A stretch of 64,000 bases of DNA from Azolla caroliniana. Its lineage: Eukaryota; Plantae; Polypodiophyta. Positions within the stretch are counted from its first letter, which is position 1; every line of letters begins with the position of its first letter. The notes under the pieces were generated by a model, which was not told where the DNA came from, did no database searches, and saw nothing but the letters and a program-made list of their open reading frames with translations. Positions 12,311 through 26,289 of the stretch are shown one piece after another. The DNA lies in contig JBHGNT010000002.1 in the NCBI GenBank assembly GCA_043228905.1, forward strand, positions 28,024,001-28,088,000, given 5' to 3'. The position numbers were made by a program, and so were the translations under genes.

Positions 12311-12347
<37 letters not shown>
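11974..12347 (-). repeat. Tandem 152-bp duplication of the KLCR 5' leader exon, bracketed by three (GA)n tracts
   Basis: Near-identical units at ~12026-12158 and ~12178-12311, each ending on the minus strand in CCATGGCCTTCAG|GTAG (GT at 12037-12036 and 12189-12188). Confidence 0.9.
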
Positions 12348-12348
<1 letters not shown>

Positions 12349-13260
12349 ATGAAATTGAATGTATGTAGTCATTTCAGTGTATGGTCATATATGTATGAAT
12401 GATCACATGGGCATTTGTGGGGAGATGGCTGAATAATGAATTTGTTGCATATACATACTCTCATACATATGCATAACAGAGAGAAAGAGTAAGAATTTGA
12501 AAATGTAGGCTTTGTAATAGGTACATATTGTGAAAAGGACTCCCACGATAGTTTGTCGTGGTCCTCGAGAGCCTAGAAACTTGACGTATAGATACACCCC
12601 TATCGTATCCAAAAAGAGCATCACAAAAGAGTCTCCTATGTTGCCTCGTGCAAAAGGTGCAACTGGATGAGGTTTATCCATTTCCGTATGCTTCATCAAT
12701 CGAGAGTATACTATGTGTGTATGTGCGTAGAAGGCAACTGCTGACGGTGTCCTACTTGAAGAAGTTGTGCAAGGCTCATAGATGCAATAATTGATTGTGG
12801 AAAATGTTATCAGATTGTTGTGTGTGCTTCACATTGTAGCTTGGGGCATCATTCTCATCCTTAGCCTCCGGATTATGATAGAGTGTCGCAAATGTTGTTT
12901 GTAGAATTTAGTCCCTCTTAGGTTTGTCTTCGATTTCAAGATCAATAGTATGAGGGGGGATGAGGGTCATTGCCCTTCTCACATTAAGGGGTATGGGTGG
13001 AGATTTGAGAATGTGTGGTTGATACACATCCCATGATCCCTTGTGTGTGTTTGTGTCTTGACACATTTTTGGCATTTTTATTGTTCTAAATAGGTATATA
13101 CTATGTGCATAATATAACCATGGTATACGAGAATGTTGGGGAGCATTTTCACATGTTATCTTATCAATGTCATCCATCCAAGCAAGTCATCAAACGGAGT
13201 TAAAGAGTTTGGTAGCTAGGATGTCCTCAATTACATAATTACACTCAATTATCAATTGAG

Positions 13261-13340
13261 TGTATATGGACAACACTCGATTTGGTAATGTTTTTTATCT
13301 TATCATGTATATGGACAACACTCGATTTAGTAATGTTTTC
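13261..13340. repeat. Short direct duplication, period ~45 bp
   Basis: tgtatatggacaacactcgattt(g/a)gtaatgtttt occurs twice. Confidence 0.85.
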
Positions 13341-14535
13341 TAATGTTGAAAAGTCTTTTTGCTCATTAATCAAAATATAAGATCATGTTTGGTCTCTTTT
13401 CGTCCCTTGTCTTCCTTGATCTCCTTTGTTATGCTGCCCATGGTCCCCCCCCCTTTTAACAGTCAACCATAGCATTTAGCTTGCATGAAATGGGTCTAAC
13501 CCATAACATCAACAAACATAATTAATTGCCACGTTAGGCATTAGAATATTTGTTCATTTCACATTACCTTTTTTAGTACAATATTTTGCCACATAATAAA
13601 TATGGTCACCCTAGCAGCAACACTACAAAACGTCATTGAAAATAGGCCAAAAAGGGATTGATGGGCTAACAACTTAGCTTTTTAAGTAATTGGCTTTCAC
13701 TTGAATCAATGTTTAACTTCCTCAACTAAAAGGTGATAAAATGATGCTTCATGTTTCCCATCTAAAACACTATTCATATAAAGTGGCTTACGTTGTTCTT
13801 GTACACAAGCAACGATGTATACCTACGTGCAAAAGGAAAGTAAAGTGTTGTACATGAACCAAAACCTATCCCTCCCCATTCCTATACGTTACAAAAGCTA
13901 CAAATTGTATGCCAAAATATTACATGAATCTTAACACCCAATAAACATTAGGAAATGAATGTTGTTAATGCATCAATTGAATTAGTATTTCTTCAAATTA
14001 GAAGCTATTGTTGTCAAAGATGCTTTTAAGTTTTGGAAGTGGGTACTAAATTCTAATTTGAAGAGTTAGATGTCTATCTAATGATTACGCTAGAAAGTGT
14101 ATTCATGACACTAATACACGATAAACAACTTCGATTAGCATTTAATCTAATTAGAAATGTCCCTACTTAGATTCAACATTAATCAATATCTAGATTAAGT
14201 TAATATATTGTTGATTAAGTTTACTGATATGCATATCAAGCTTATCTCTAACCATGCATAATTCTATAAGATTGAAAATAAATTTGCAATTTTTTGTAAC
14301 TTGTATGCATACTTTTCTAAAGTCGTGGAGCTTATCGCCATTCTTTTGTATTTTCTTGTAACTAACATATTTCAATAAAGTTTTGCATATTAAACCTTGA
14401 AATATATAATGTGCAGGTCCCCTCTTCTAACTTCTAAGTTCACTTTCCAAAAAATAATAATATACTCCAACTACTATGATAATGACAAATATTCCATGCT
14501 TCTTTAGTTTTAGGTAGATAAAATGCTAGTGTGAC

Positions 14536-14951
14536 TAGGAATGGGCACAGTTTCGGCTTGAACCGAACCGAACCGTTAAGCCATGGCATAATGGTTTATT
14601 GGTCCACAGATAAATAAATCGTTTGGTTTGGTTTCAAATATTATGATCCAGTTTGGCTTCGGTTCGGTTTTGAATTTCATGGTTTAGCAGCTTATCAGTT
14701 TCGATTCGGTTTGGTTTTGAATTTCACAGTTTAGCGGTTTCGAGTTATGTGGTTTGGTTTTAAGGTTTTAAGGATTTAAAGTTTTGAAGGTTTATCGGTT
14801 TATAGGTTTGGTTTGGTTCTAAATTTTTCATTAACGGTTCGGTTTAAATGGCTTCATAAAATTTAAATAGTTTGGTTTGGTTTTTAATATAAATAAATGG
14901 ATTGGTTTGGTTTGGTTTCAAGGCCAAGAAACCGAAACGCGCCCATTGCTA
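14536..14951. mobile_element. hAT-superfamily MITE (416 bp)
   Basis: Terminal inverted repeats TAGGAATGGGC...GCCCATTGCTA. Perfect 8-bp TSD AGTGTGAC at 14528-14535 and 14952-14959. Many internal AACCG/CGGTT and GGTTT subterminal motifs, as in Ac/Ds-like elements. Confidence 0.92.
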
Positions 14952-16247
14952 AGTGTGACACCAATTCATTCCCCTTGTGCTATGATAGAACATAACATTG
15001 TATTTAACCTTAATTTTCACATGATTAGGTGCCTCAACTTTGACCAAGCTAATCTTCACACGTACTATGATTGTCAATTTGCAGGTGGTGTGAATAATTC
15101 ATTATGGATACAACCACCAACCTCCATGATCCTTTCGTCCACAATGAAATAAGTCTATTGTAACTAAAGCAACAAACATTTATTTCTTGTAAGACATAAA
15201 AATATGTATACTAACAATTATTTAGGGAAACATATGCATAGTCAATGAGTCTCCTCACCTCTTCTCAATGCCTCATCTCGCGTTGAAGAGAGTGTGGTGA
15301 GCTAAGTCATATTGAAACTATAGTGCAAATGGCACACAAGTGGAAGGCCTCTAGCATTTATTGATTAGAGTTGTTTTCTCCTTTGAATAATTATACACAT
15401 TGGCCATACATAGGTATGGAACATCCCCTTAGAATGATAACATGTGCAAGAACATATAAATACCAGCAATCTCATTTTTAAAAACGTTAAATAGTTAATC
15501 CCAATCAACAAGTGAATACGGTGTTGCGCTACCAAGATTCTTCTTTTTAACTCGAATAGCTCATACAATTCCAATTATATCTATTGTGGGACTATTTGTC
15601 CTAATAAAAAGAGATAGAAATGTGCTACATTATTCGCTCATGGAATGATTTCACACTTGTCTATTGTTCATGTAAAAGTAAAGACGCATGGATTATTCAT
15701 CATCTTAATACGGAATTGTGGAGAATGAACTTGGAAGGGGGTACAAGTTCATTATATAGATGGACTGTGGCAACTAAAACATGTAAGTTCACAATAGATA
15801 AAATTTCCATGAAAATGCATATAAGCAACAAGACATTACAAAAACAAAATCCTCAATATATTCCCAAAATTATGAATTGTCAACAATGCATGTGATCCCC
15901 CAAGAAAACAAGAAAAGAAGTAGAAAATATGCACAATTTCCTTAATGAATTAATTAAATATTCAATATTGGGTCATGGCGACAATACTTCTCACTAGATA
16001 AATGAGATGTAAAAGGTATTGCATAGTTTTGTTTCTCATGAATCTAGAGACTTAGGGGAGCCATTATGCTTTCGAAGAAAGGTACTCTTGCTTGTTGCTT
16101 GATTAATTAAGTTGACATGTAGCAGCAATACGATGTTAGTTAGCATGTGGTAGCATGATGTTAGTTGGCAACTTGGCAAGTACCAGTATTGCAATAGTTG
16201 CATTGAACTAAATTTCCCATATTAGTTATTTGTATTCCCTGCAAACA

Positions 16248-16375
16248 CAATTGAATAGTTGGAAATATCCTTTTTCAATAATCAAGCCAATTGAATAGTT
16301 GCAAATATCCTTTTTCAATAATCAACCCAATTGAATGGTTGTAAATATTCTTTTTCCAATAAGCAAGCCAATTTA
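16248..16375. repeat. 40-bp tandem repeat, about 3 copies
   Basis: caattgaatagttg(g/c)aaatatcctttttcaataatcaa unit repeated. Confidence 0.9.
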
Positions 16376-18319
16376 TCTGATATTACTTCTTCATTTATGA
16401 ATTCAAAGGCTAGAAGAGGGCTCACTTATATGTTCATGCACAATGTAGATAACTACGATATGGACACAAGATTTAGTTTATGGAGATATATAGGCCACCC
16501 TCTTATCCATGGTTAAACACTCCTATTATCTTACACTAGAAGGTCAAAGTAGTGCTATTGATGCAAGTCTTTAACCTAAGGTATGTGAGAGGTAAAGTTA
16601 GATTAACTCTACAAATCTAAGGTTGAATAAAGCCATGTCATACCATTTTGTATCTTCATTGTAATTGCATAACAAACATATCCTCATTTACCAATCTATT
16701 GCATAACAACCTAAGTGGGAAAGCCTCCAAGTTGCGGGTAACTTGTAGAACTTACGAAGGACATTTTTGTAATATCTCCTTATTTGTACATGTGGTTTTT
16801 TATGATAAAATTTTCATTGGCTAGAGTCTATTTTACTAAATGACTAAATTTGGCATCAATATTACTTGCTTCATGATTCTATTAATAATTATTTTCGGCC
16901 CCTAAATTTCTCTTTTCATTTTCCCAATAAGGACGAGCCGAAACATTTGAAGTATGTGTATTGGATTTCCTAAAAGGATGTAATGATTTCTTAAACTTCA
17001 TTCAAGGTTTTCTCGTTAGAATCATAAATCATGTAACTCTTCAATTTTTAGAAACCTCACCCCTAAGCAGCCTTGCCAAATACAAATTTCCAATGTCCTA
17101 CATATAGGTAAGAACTTAAGTGACTCTTGATCACCGTATTGTTATTTATTTTCTTTTAAGCAACTTTTCCACAATGCATGTATTATTAATGGTCACAAAG
17201 TCAATGTACCAAGATCAAAATCTTTTAAACATGAGTAGGAATATGTTTTAATCCCCATTGAATACAAAGCAAGAGACTTGGTCTTGCCTCAGCTATATCA
17301 TTAAATGCACGATATAAAAATGAGAGTTAATTAGTACGAAAGCAATGACAAATCATAGTTCACTTAATCCTTTAGTCTTTCTTCTATGGTCATAATCATA
17401 GCCCTATTTTTTTTATATCAGTGAGCACAAAGGCTAATCAGGAAAATTTCCCTGCAATTTGTTTTCAAGAAATGCGCATCTATTGTCACCCGCTTTCTGA
17501 TATATGTATATGTATCTATCTATTTATCTATATATTGACATAAACATAAAAGTGTATAAGATGACAGAAATATAGAGTCAGAAAACCAAACAATACTAAA
17601 CTTCTCATCATCAAACTTATGTAGAGGTGAGATCGAAGGTGTGGGCAATTATCAATACCAAAGATGTGGCTATAGAATGGTATTCAAAGAGAATCTGGAA
17701 AACAGTTATATTGTAAAAGTATGACCCATTCTAAATTATCCAAAAATACTGCTATTACTACCCATCTATATAAATCCTTTCCTAAGGGCTAAGACGGATC
17801 CGTGAAAGAGAGTAAATACCAGTTTTTTACTGACTACAAAAAAAGAAAACACTCAAAAAAGTGTGAGCAAGTATAACTCAACCTCCTTTTCTCCTTCATC
17901 CAGCAAGCCCCGTATGCAACAAAACATTTAGTTTCTCATCAGTGGTGAAATTGATTAGTTCTTATATTTACATGATATAATATGTGCAGAGCATCATACA
18001 TAAGCAATCTCCCAATTACCATTGTTACATTAATCGTTCCCAGATGTTTTCACAGGTGTTGTTTTAACACACTTCTCCCAAACCTTCCTTCATTGTTATC
18101 CATCTCCAAAGCACCTAGAGTTTTCTTCAATTATTTTTCTTACATGCAGATTCCCCTCAAGGAGGGCGACATGTTGATACATACATATTTCACGATAACA
18201 CATGATCTCAAAAGTTACTAGATATAAAAAGTACAAACATATTGTTACACCAGAATGGTATACAGACAAGTTGAGAAGAGCTTGGATCCAAGATGAAGGT
18301 TCTTTTTTGTATTTGAGCT

Positions 18320-21300
18320 TCATCCTTTCTTTGTGCCTCTTTCCTGTGATGAGCTACTTTTGCTCTGACTGGGGGCAGTCTGCAGCCCTTCTAAAAGCTA
18401 GAAACAGAAAGAAAGAAAAATTCAGATGGGACCAAAAGTTGACACACCAGATCACGTACATAAACCTACATTTACGGTATTGCACATGCACAATTACAGA
18501 AATGTCCAACCATTCTTGCACATAGACAAACGGATATGCAGTCAAATGTGTATGTCTCCAGACATTCCAAATGCACATCATACATAATAAGTTGGCAAGT
18601 GAAATATGCAGTCATTCTCAAAGACGCAGACATTAGCAAGTAAAGAGTAAAACATGCAGATTGATCACTGCGTGTCCATGTATGGATATCCCTGTGTGTG
18701 TATTATCTTTAAATGTGGATGCTACCTTTGATGTAGGTTGAATTTTTCTGCTTGTCCTCCTCAGCTCCAAGTTCTCTGATCCTATATTCTTGTTGTTATT
18801 ACAAACTTTCAGGTCCACATTCTTTGATCCGGATTTCCCAACAATCTTGGTCATACTACCCTCTTTCACTATCTTAGGATGTGCTTTCTCGTTTTCTTTA
18901 TTAATACCAGGTCGATCATTTCCCCTTTTCAGAACTTGATTCCTCAGTTGCCTGTCATTTTCTTTGTAAGTTTTTTTCCTTCTTTCATGTTTTATAGCAA
19001 CACGATTCACACTTTTAGTCTCACTTCGTTTTCCTTGATGTGAAGTTGTGCCTTTTTCATTTGCCTGAGTTGATTTAGCACGAAATTTGAATTCCAACAT
19101 AGAGGAGGTTTCCATCATTCTCACTGTGGAAACTTGATTCTCACTCTCCACAGATTCCTTTGGTCTTTCTTCGTCACCCTTCAATCTTGAAGCCAATTCT
19201 TCCTTACGTTTTGACTTAGTATCAACACTACTCCTTGTGATACTACTCTTTGTTTGAGCTTTTCCAGTAATAATCTTGTGTCCATCATTCTGACCAGAAG
19301 AAAGTAGTTTCCTTGACTTTGCAGTATCTGGTTTGCTTGATTCTCCAGATCCTGTGTGAGTTTGTGACGGAATAATGGCCAAGACTTTATCTCCCTTAAC
19401 ATCGAGAATATGTGATCCTTTGTTGGATACATAGTGCTTGCTAACTTCCATAAATTTCCTCTTCTTTGCTACCTTTGGGGCACCAAGAACTGCTTTAAAC
19501 CCTGGCTGATTAGATATATTGGATTGATTGATCCCATCTTGTGTCAAGGTTTTGTCAACTATGTGGCTAGCAGCATCAAGATGATTTCCACCTTCATACT
19601 TCTCAAATGAACTTGGCTCTACTACCTGCTTTGAGCAGTTGCCAGTCTCCGCTTGACCCTTCTCAAGCTTTTGCCTCTTCGCCGAGGGAGTGTCCACCTG
19701 TAATTATTGCATTGATAAAAATTGCCAGATTATGATTATGGAATCTGAAATACCCAAGTCTATATTAGGGAAAAACTCTAATTATCGATGTTACAAATAA
19801 CCAAAATTTCTTTATTTCTCAAAACCCCATGGTCAACCCCCCAAAAAGAGAAAATCGGATCAATTGAGAACATGACTGCTCAAGTAACAGATATAAATAG
19901 AAAACTGGGGAAGAATTCACCGTGAAATAGCACGCATAATACTATTTTGTGGTTGAACCTAGGGCATTTTTGAAGACAAAGAAAAACTCGGGGGATTTCA
20001 GAGTTTACACATTATTTCCAGATTAGAAATACAATTACCTTTTGAGTGCCTCCAAATGGCACATCACTAGCCTGCTTGATGTCAGTCCACAAGACCCATT
20101 GCCTATTTCTCCAAATCAATGATGGTCTGATCATGGATGTTTTGATTATAGATGTATCACCCTCCCCTGGGTAGCAAGATAGACATTTGAGCATTAAGGT
20201 TCAGAGGAAAACCCATAGAATGATGTATATGACATTTCCTACCTGAGAAAAAGACCTTGACTTTGGTCTCACCATCTTCCACAATCTCTTTGATTTCCCC
20301 TTCTCGCCAACTGAGAGCCATCAACACTCCCAAGTAAAATAAAGATATAAATATGACAGGAGTTAAGGTAGGAATACAAACACAATATCCTACATACCCA
20401 TCATGGAAGAATGCATCTACTCGATCTCCAACTGACCACTTAAAATTACCCATAATTTCTCTCTTTCTCTTTCTCATGCCCTCGTGACCAATGCTTGTAT
20501 TTGGATGTGCCAACCGCACCTTGGGTACTTCATTGATTGAATCCTCCAGATTGAGCCACTCTTCCAGTGGTTTAGTCCCTTTACCATTGCCAATGAAGTT
20601 TGTATAAGATAGAGAATCTTTGTACTTCTGCTATCCAAAATATATGCTAACTAGTTTCATAGATAAGAATGATTGGATTATAGATATCTTCCAGCAGACT
20701 TACCATCCTCTGTTATTTGTTCATAAATTACCAATACTTTCTGGTCTTCTACTTTTTGAACTCTCGCGGAAAACCATATCCCTTGAAGATACTCCTCGTC
20801 AGATAGAACCTGAACAGATAAACATATTACTCATCCATAGTTGAATGCACGTCATTCAATAGTAATAGAAACAATAATTTGCTGACCTCGACTAGAGAAT
20901 TCTCAACAATCTGATCTCCAGTATTAGCATTCCCATGGTTAACATCCCCTGCTATTGAAACTTGTGCAGCTGTATCATTTTGTGGCTGATCAATTCTTAC
21001 GAGCGCAGTAGTCTCTTTAAGCTCATTCTGAGGTGAAGTAAAATCTAAACTACTTTGATTGACCTTATTTGCTAAGTATTCTTGTCCCTGTGATACCGAT
21101 TTCTTTACTGCATTAATCTTTCCATCATTTTGGGTGCCCAACGTTGTCTCTTTGGGTATCTCTTTGCCATATGCAGAACCAAATGACAGAAGCATCTCAA
21201 TTCCTTCAGGTCCAGCCTCCATAAGGTTCTCTAATGTGAAGGGAACCGACTCGCCCATTGCCATCACAGCTCCAACTTGAGAGACAGCATTAGTAGCTAG

Positions 21301-24300
21301 CTCTGCTGCCCTCACAACTAATTCAAGGTTCTGGGCTTTCAAGACAGCAACAGAAGAAGATTCAAGCCTCTTCTTTGAGGCAATTTTAGCCGAGGCTATT
21401 ATTGAGCTGCAATTTTCTGGCATCTTCCAAGGTTGAGATACAGAATTGCCCATACTATCTTGTCCATCCCTTGGTTGAACCCTATATTCTTGGTTGATGG
21501 ATGAAAAGGCATTCTCCCCTATTATTTTGGCATGTCTGGCTGCCTCATATGCAGCTTTGGCAGCTGCTGCAGCAGCCTTTGCAACAGCAGCAGCCGTTGT
21601 TGCTGCAATAACTGAAGATACTAGCTGAATCTCCATGTCCGAACTCATTCCTAAAACTTTCTGAGCCTTGAGTTGGCTCCATAATGATGTGCTTTCTAGC
21701 ACAGAAGTATCAGCAACTGAAGAGGCCTCCTCTGCACTTGCCTTTGCTTCCTGTAAGTGGGTTATCAAATCCTGAAATCTATGAGATTTGCCAAGCTGGA
21801 TTTCTGTATTTGTAGTTAGCACCTTATCAGCAGGAGCCATTACCAGTGACCTTTCTGAGAAACTGTTGGGCCCACATTTTTCAGCAACAACCATGGCAAG
21901 TGGTTCTGAAAAGGTAGGACGACTAGTTGTCACTACGCTGACCGGACCTGAATCCTGAATTTGCCCAGTGGATGTTGATATTAATGAGTGGACAACATGT
22001 GGAGAAATACCAAATGAAAGATTCGCATTTGAAACCACATTCAGAGGGGATCCAGGCTGTTCAGAGTCGATTTTCTTCCTCTTTCTAGGTCTTGATTCTG
22101 TAGTTATATGTTTTTTGTGTACTATATCAGTGCCAGTCGCAGACAAGGGTCCTAAAACTGGAGTACTTAGGACAGGACCAACTGGTTCCGGAAGAGATAA
22201 TACAGATGAAGTTTTTCTAGAATCCAAATTTTCCAACGTCTGACTTGAGCTTAGAAGCAACTGAGGATGTCTTGGCAAAACTGACGGTGGATTGTGTATA
22301 GTTGACTGAGTTTGTGCTACCCAAGGTCCTGGAAATGGCGGAACCCATTGTGGTGCTCCTGGTGGAAAAGGACCTAAAGGTGTTGGAAAGAATGTTGGAG
22401 ATATATTTTGATGCAGATCAACATGTAAATTACTAGATTGATTTAGGTAAGTCTCACCCAATTGAGAGGTTATTGATTGTGTTGCCATCGATGTGCCAGG
22501 AATCAGAAAAGCAGCTGATTGACCAGCCTTGCCGGATTTAGATTGATTAATATAAGCCTCTCCTAATGATGAGGATATTGAATGAACTCCCATTGATATG
22601 CTAGGATTCGGAAGAACGCTCAATTTACTGCTTTTACTAGAAGTTTTCCCCCAATTTTCTTGAGGTTTGGAATTCAGAATAAATGCATTTCTACCCTCCA
22701 ATGTAGTCAGTGCAGTTCCAGGCGTACTATTAGACTTTGAACCATCAGTGGCTCTAGCTGATAAAGAAAGGAAACCAGGTGCACTTTTTGACGTATTATC
22801 AGAGCTTTTCATATGAACCCTTTCTACTGCAGCTCGCCATGTCTTCTCCCAAAGAGCTCTTCCAGATCCTTCTGAATCATTCCCTCCTTCTCGTCTTGAT
22901 GCTGCACACAAACACACCACACAGACACACACACACACACAGAAAGTGCTGGTAGTTAGTATCTAAAAATAAAGATGGACAAATGTCAACAACAAAATGG
23001 AGGTGACGTGCAATCAAATCAAATAATCAAATTCTTTTGAACAGGATTTATGCAAGGGAAATAGTTCATTAAAAACCTCCAGAGATACTGGAAAATGCTG
23101 TGAGCATCAATGCCTCCTCCGGGACACCTCCCTGACTACATATCATCATTCAAATAAGCATCAATAAATTTATAGCTCTTAGAAAATAAAACAAAGACAA
23201 TAGAGTATCATAACTTACATGAGAGATCCATAAACAAGAATTTGAGCTCGTAATTGTACTTGTTGCTGCTCATTAAAACGATATGCCAATACCACTGCCT
23301 CACCTACATTTAGATCAGGCAAAGAATGCTGTTTTTGCTTGCTAGAACTAACTGATGACACGGCTTTCTTCACATTAGGTGAAACCTGAAAACGCTGTGT
23401 TCCTAGTGCAGGACTATTGCTATCTTGAAGAATTGAAGATGATGTTCCCTTCCTTCTCCTTTGGTTTGAATTATTACTAGATCCTGATCTTGGAGGGCTC
23501 CCTTTAAGGCTTCCAGATCCTCCTTTCCCAGTGTTTTTTCGCTCTTCATCTGATCCCACTTGAACTGGACTAGATCGAGCAATATCCGTTAACTTACTAG
23601 ATCTCCTCTTATTGGCCTTGACTTGTGTGTGGCTTACATCAGATACAATAGTGGAAGCAAACTGTCCAAGAACAGAAATATTTTTTCATTAATGCTCACT
23701 CTCTTAACATTCCACATTCACTTGGTGAAGCCTCATAAGGAGTAAACTTCACTATCACCAGAACAATAACTATTAGCATTTCATTAAGATTATTTAAAGT
23801 GTCTTCAGAAACATAACTATATCATATATCAATGCATATGTTAGTGTCTGAGTCTTGAGATGTGATTATTGATTCTATATCACTTTATGTTCCGAATGTT
23901 ACTCTATATAAATACCTTCATAGATGTTAAAGACCAAATCAAGAGTTCAAGTTTACAAATAGAAATGTTTAAGGAACACAGAACGATAGAGAACAATGAT
24001 TATGGTAAATGAAAGTGTTCAAGAAACACAAAAGTATGAATGCAACTTCCAAATGTGGACTGTTTCAGCTCAAGAAGTGCAGGTGCATATAATTCCAAGA
24101 TTGATCTCAAAACAATTCTACTTCTTAAATTTTCTTATAATCTCTTTTTAGCATTAAACACATCTATTTTTCCAGGTTTGATATAGGTACAATGTCAACG
24201 ATAAACATGAATTCAAACATACCTCATGTGACAGAGATCTGATGTCTGATGTGGCAGTTGATGCAACGCTGTGGCTGATGGAAAGTTTTGGAGACACGTC

Positions 24301-26289
24301 TTGGGTGACATCTGACTGTCTCACAATATTGTCACTTGGTTTGAGGGTAATTTGTCTATCTTGTATTGAATTTTGAGCATTGGCCAAAGCTTTTATCACG
24401 GTTTCATCATTAAATACTATATTTCCACCTAATTGATTTTTATCTTTCCCCATTTCCTGATGATACTCCTTATGGCTTCCAGATTCAATCGGCGACAAGG
24501 ACTTAGCTTTTGTATTGTTGGCAGTCTCTTGATAGCTTACATTTACTACTTCAAGATGCTTGTTGGAATTGATAGTAAACTCCTCAGATATTCCTGGTAA
24601 TATGGTTGTGTCACCCGAATTTAAATCATGTTGGCTTTCGTGATGTACAACATCATCGAGCCTAGTTGGTTTCTTCGGCATGCCCTCTGATATGTATGAT
24701 GTATCTTCTGAAGCGCCACCTCCTACAGTCATATTTTCGAGTAATGCTGGTAAAATGCTTTTTGGAGTGCAAGTTTGACCATTATTCCCCCTTGCTTCCG
24801 CTTTATTTTCACCATCATCTATGTCACTCTGCAATTTTTCTACTCCTATAAGAACATCCTTGCTATTAGCAGCATTTGTGTTGTTATTCGAGATTGAGTC
24901 TACAAAGCCGTTTGTCTCATTCGAAGCAGTCCTTTGGGAGAGTGAAAGATTCATGTCATCCACACCTGGCATTGAACCTTGAACCTGTATCTCTAGAGCT
25001 CTATTTCTTAGCTCGACTGATTCTTGTCCAGGGATGGGAATCATGCCATTCTCAGGATCAGGATGAGAGTTCATGGAAATATGTTCATCAGCTGAACCTG
25101 CTATTAATTCTGGTGTCGATTTTTCAATGTCAATTGGCACTAGAATAGTAAATGAATTCTGTTCTGTTCCATCACCCTGCATAGTGTCTGTTGCTCTATT
25201 CAGTGCCATGTCCTCTTCTGAATCTGGACTTATATATTGGACAATACCAAGATTTGGACCCAAACTTGCATTCTGAACACTGGGCGTTTTTTCATCATTG
25301 CCATGTGAAACTGTAGAATTAACCCCTAGACTTCTGTCTTCTGCTAATACAACAGCATTCTGATCTTTCAATGCTGTGGTTTCAGGTTGTTTTCCACAGT
25401 CCATAGGAGAATCTTGCAGCCTATCTTCTCCTTCTAAGGCATTTGTTTGTAGTTGATGTTCAATTCTTCTCTCCTCTGCTTGGGGCTCCTTTCTAGTGTT
25501 CACCAATAAAGAATGCATACCTACACTTCCAATATCTTCGTCCTTCAATGAGGTTGTCAATGATACATATTTTCTCTCTTGTGTTTCTGTACATTCATTA
25601 ATAAGAGCATTTGTATTTCCCCAAGTGGAGACATTAAAAGATGTTTTTTCTTCACCTGTACTCTGAGCAGGTAGCCTTTGTACAGATAATTGTGGGATTT
25701 CTATGGTCTCACTGATGTGGAAACTAGAATTTTCTTCATATGTTTTCTGGGTATTTGGCATTTGCATTACATCAGGATCCATTATTTCACAAGAGGAGTT
25801 CTTGTGAATGCTGTTCTCATTGCGAATCTCCCCGTCTGCTTGCTGCTTTTGCTTATCATTAATCCATGAAGCTGGAGATAATGATGACATTCTTTCATTT
25901 TCGATTAAATCACTGACATTATTATCTTTTGATGCAAATGAATCTGAAGTTATATTGACATTATCCTGTGGATCAATAAATAACTGGGCGTCAATTTGAC
26001 TATTGTCATCCTGCTTTACATGCTCTAGAAGAGTAGTATCATCATCATCACAGCCTTGCTCATGTCTCACGAATTCCCAGTGGCTTTCCCTCGGTTCTTG
26101 AGCATCAAGTAGATCACGTGTATCAAGACTTCCTAAATCAAATCTCAATTGAGCATCAATTGGTTCATCTATCATAAATTGTGGATGAGACTGTCCATCA
26201 CTTTCTCTTATTGAGAGAAGATCATCATTTCTAGGATTTGGTGTCGGTTCTTCATCTTCTAAGTGTACAACCTTACTGTATGAATCCAT
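18320..26289 (-). CDS. SWO1: SWOLLEN1 / G2484-1-like Agenet (Tudor-like) domain protein
   Basis: Ten exons, all GT-AG and phase-compatible: 26289-24223, 23661-23219, 23135-23077, 22901-20887, 20809-20704, 20578-20398, 20310-20243, 20166-20039, 19697-18726, 18397-18320. Family motifs: PQF..DE..DAQLRFD, QQVQLRAQILVYGSLIQG..PEEA.M..AF, GRALWEKTW, AAAVAKAAAAAAKAA, Agenet WFSARV and WSVGDRVDAF..DGWREG.I, KFMEVSKHYV, RRTSRKIQPTSKLLEGLQ. Confidence 0.92.

Noticed and set aside
12403-13177. Minus-strand ORFs of 98 and 89 aa as a gene or transposase
   Set aside because: No recognisable motif or exon chain; possibly old TE debris but unsupported.
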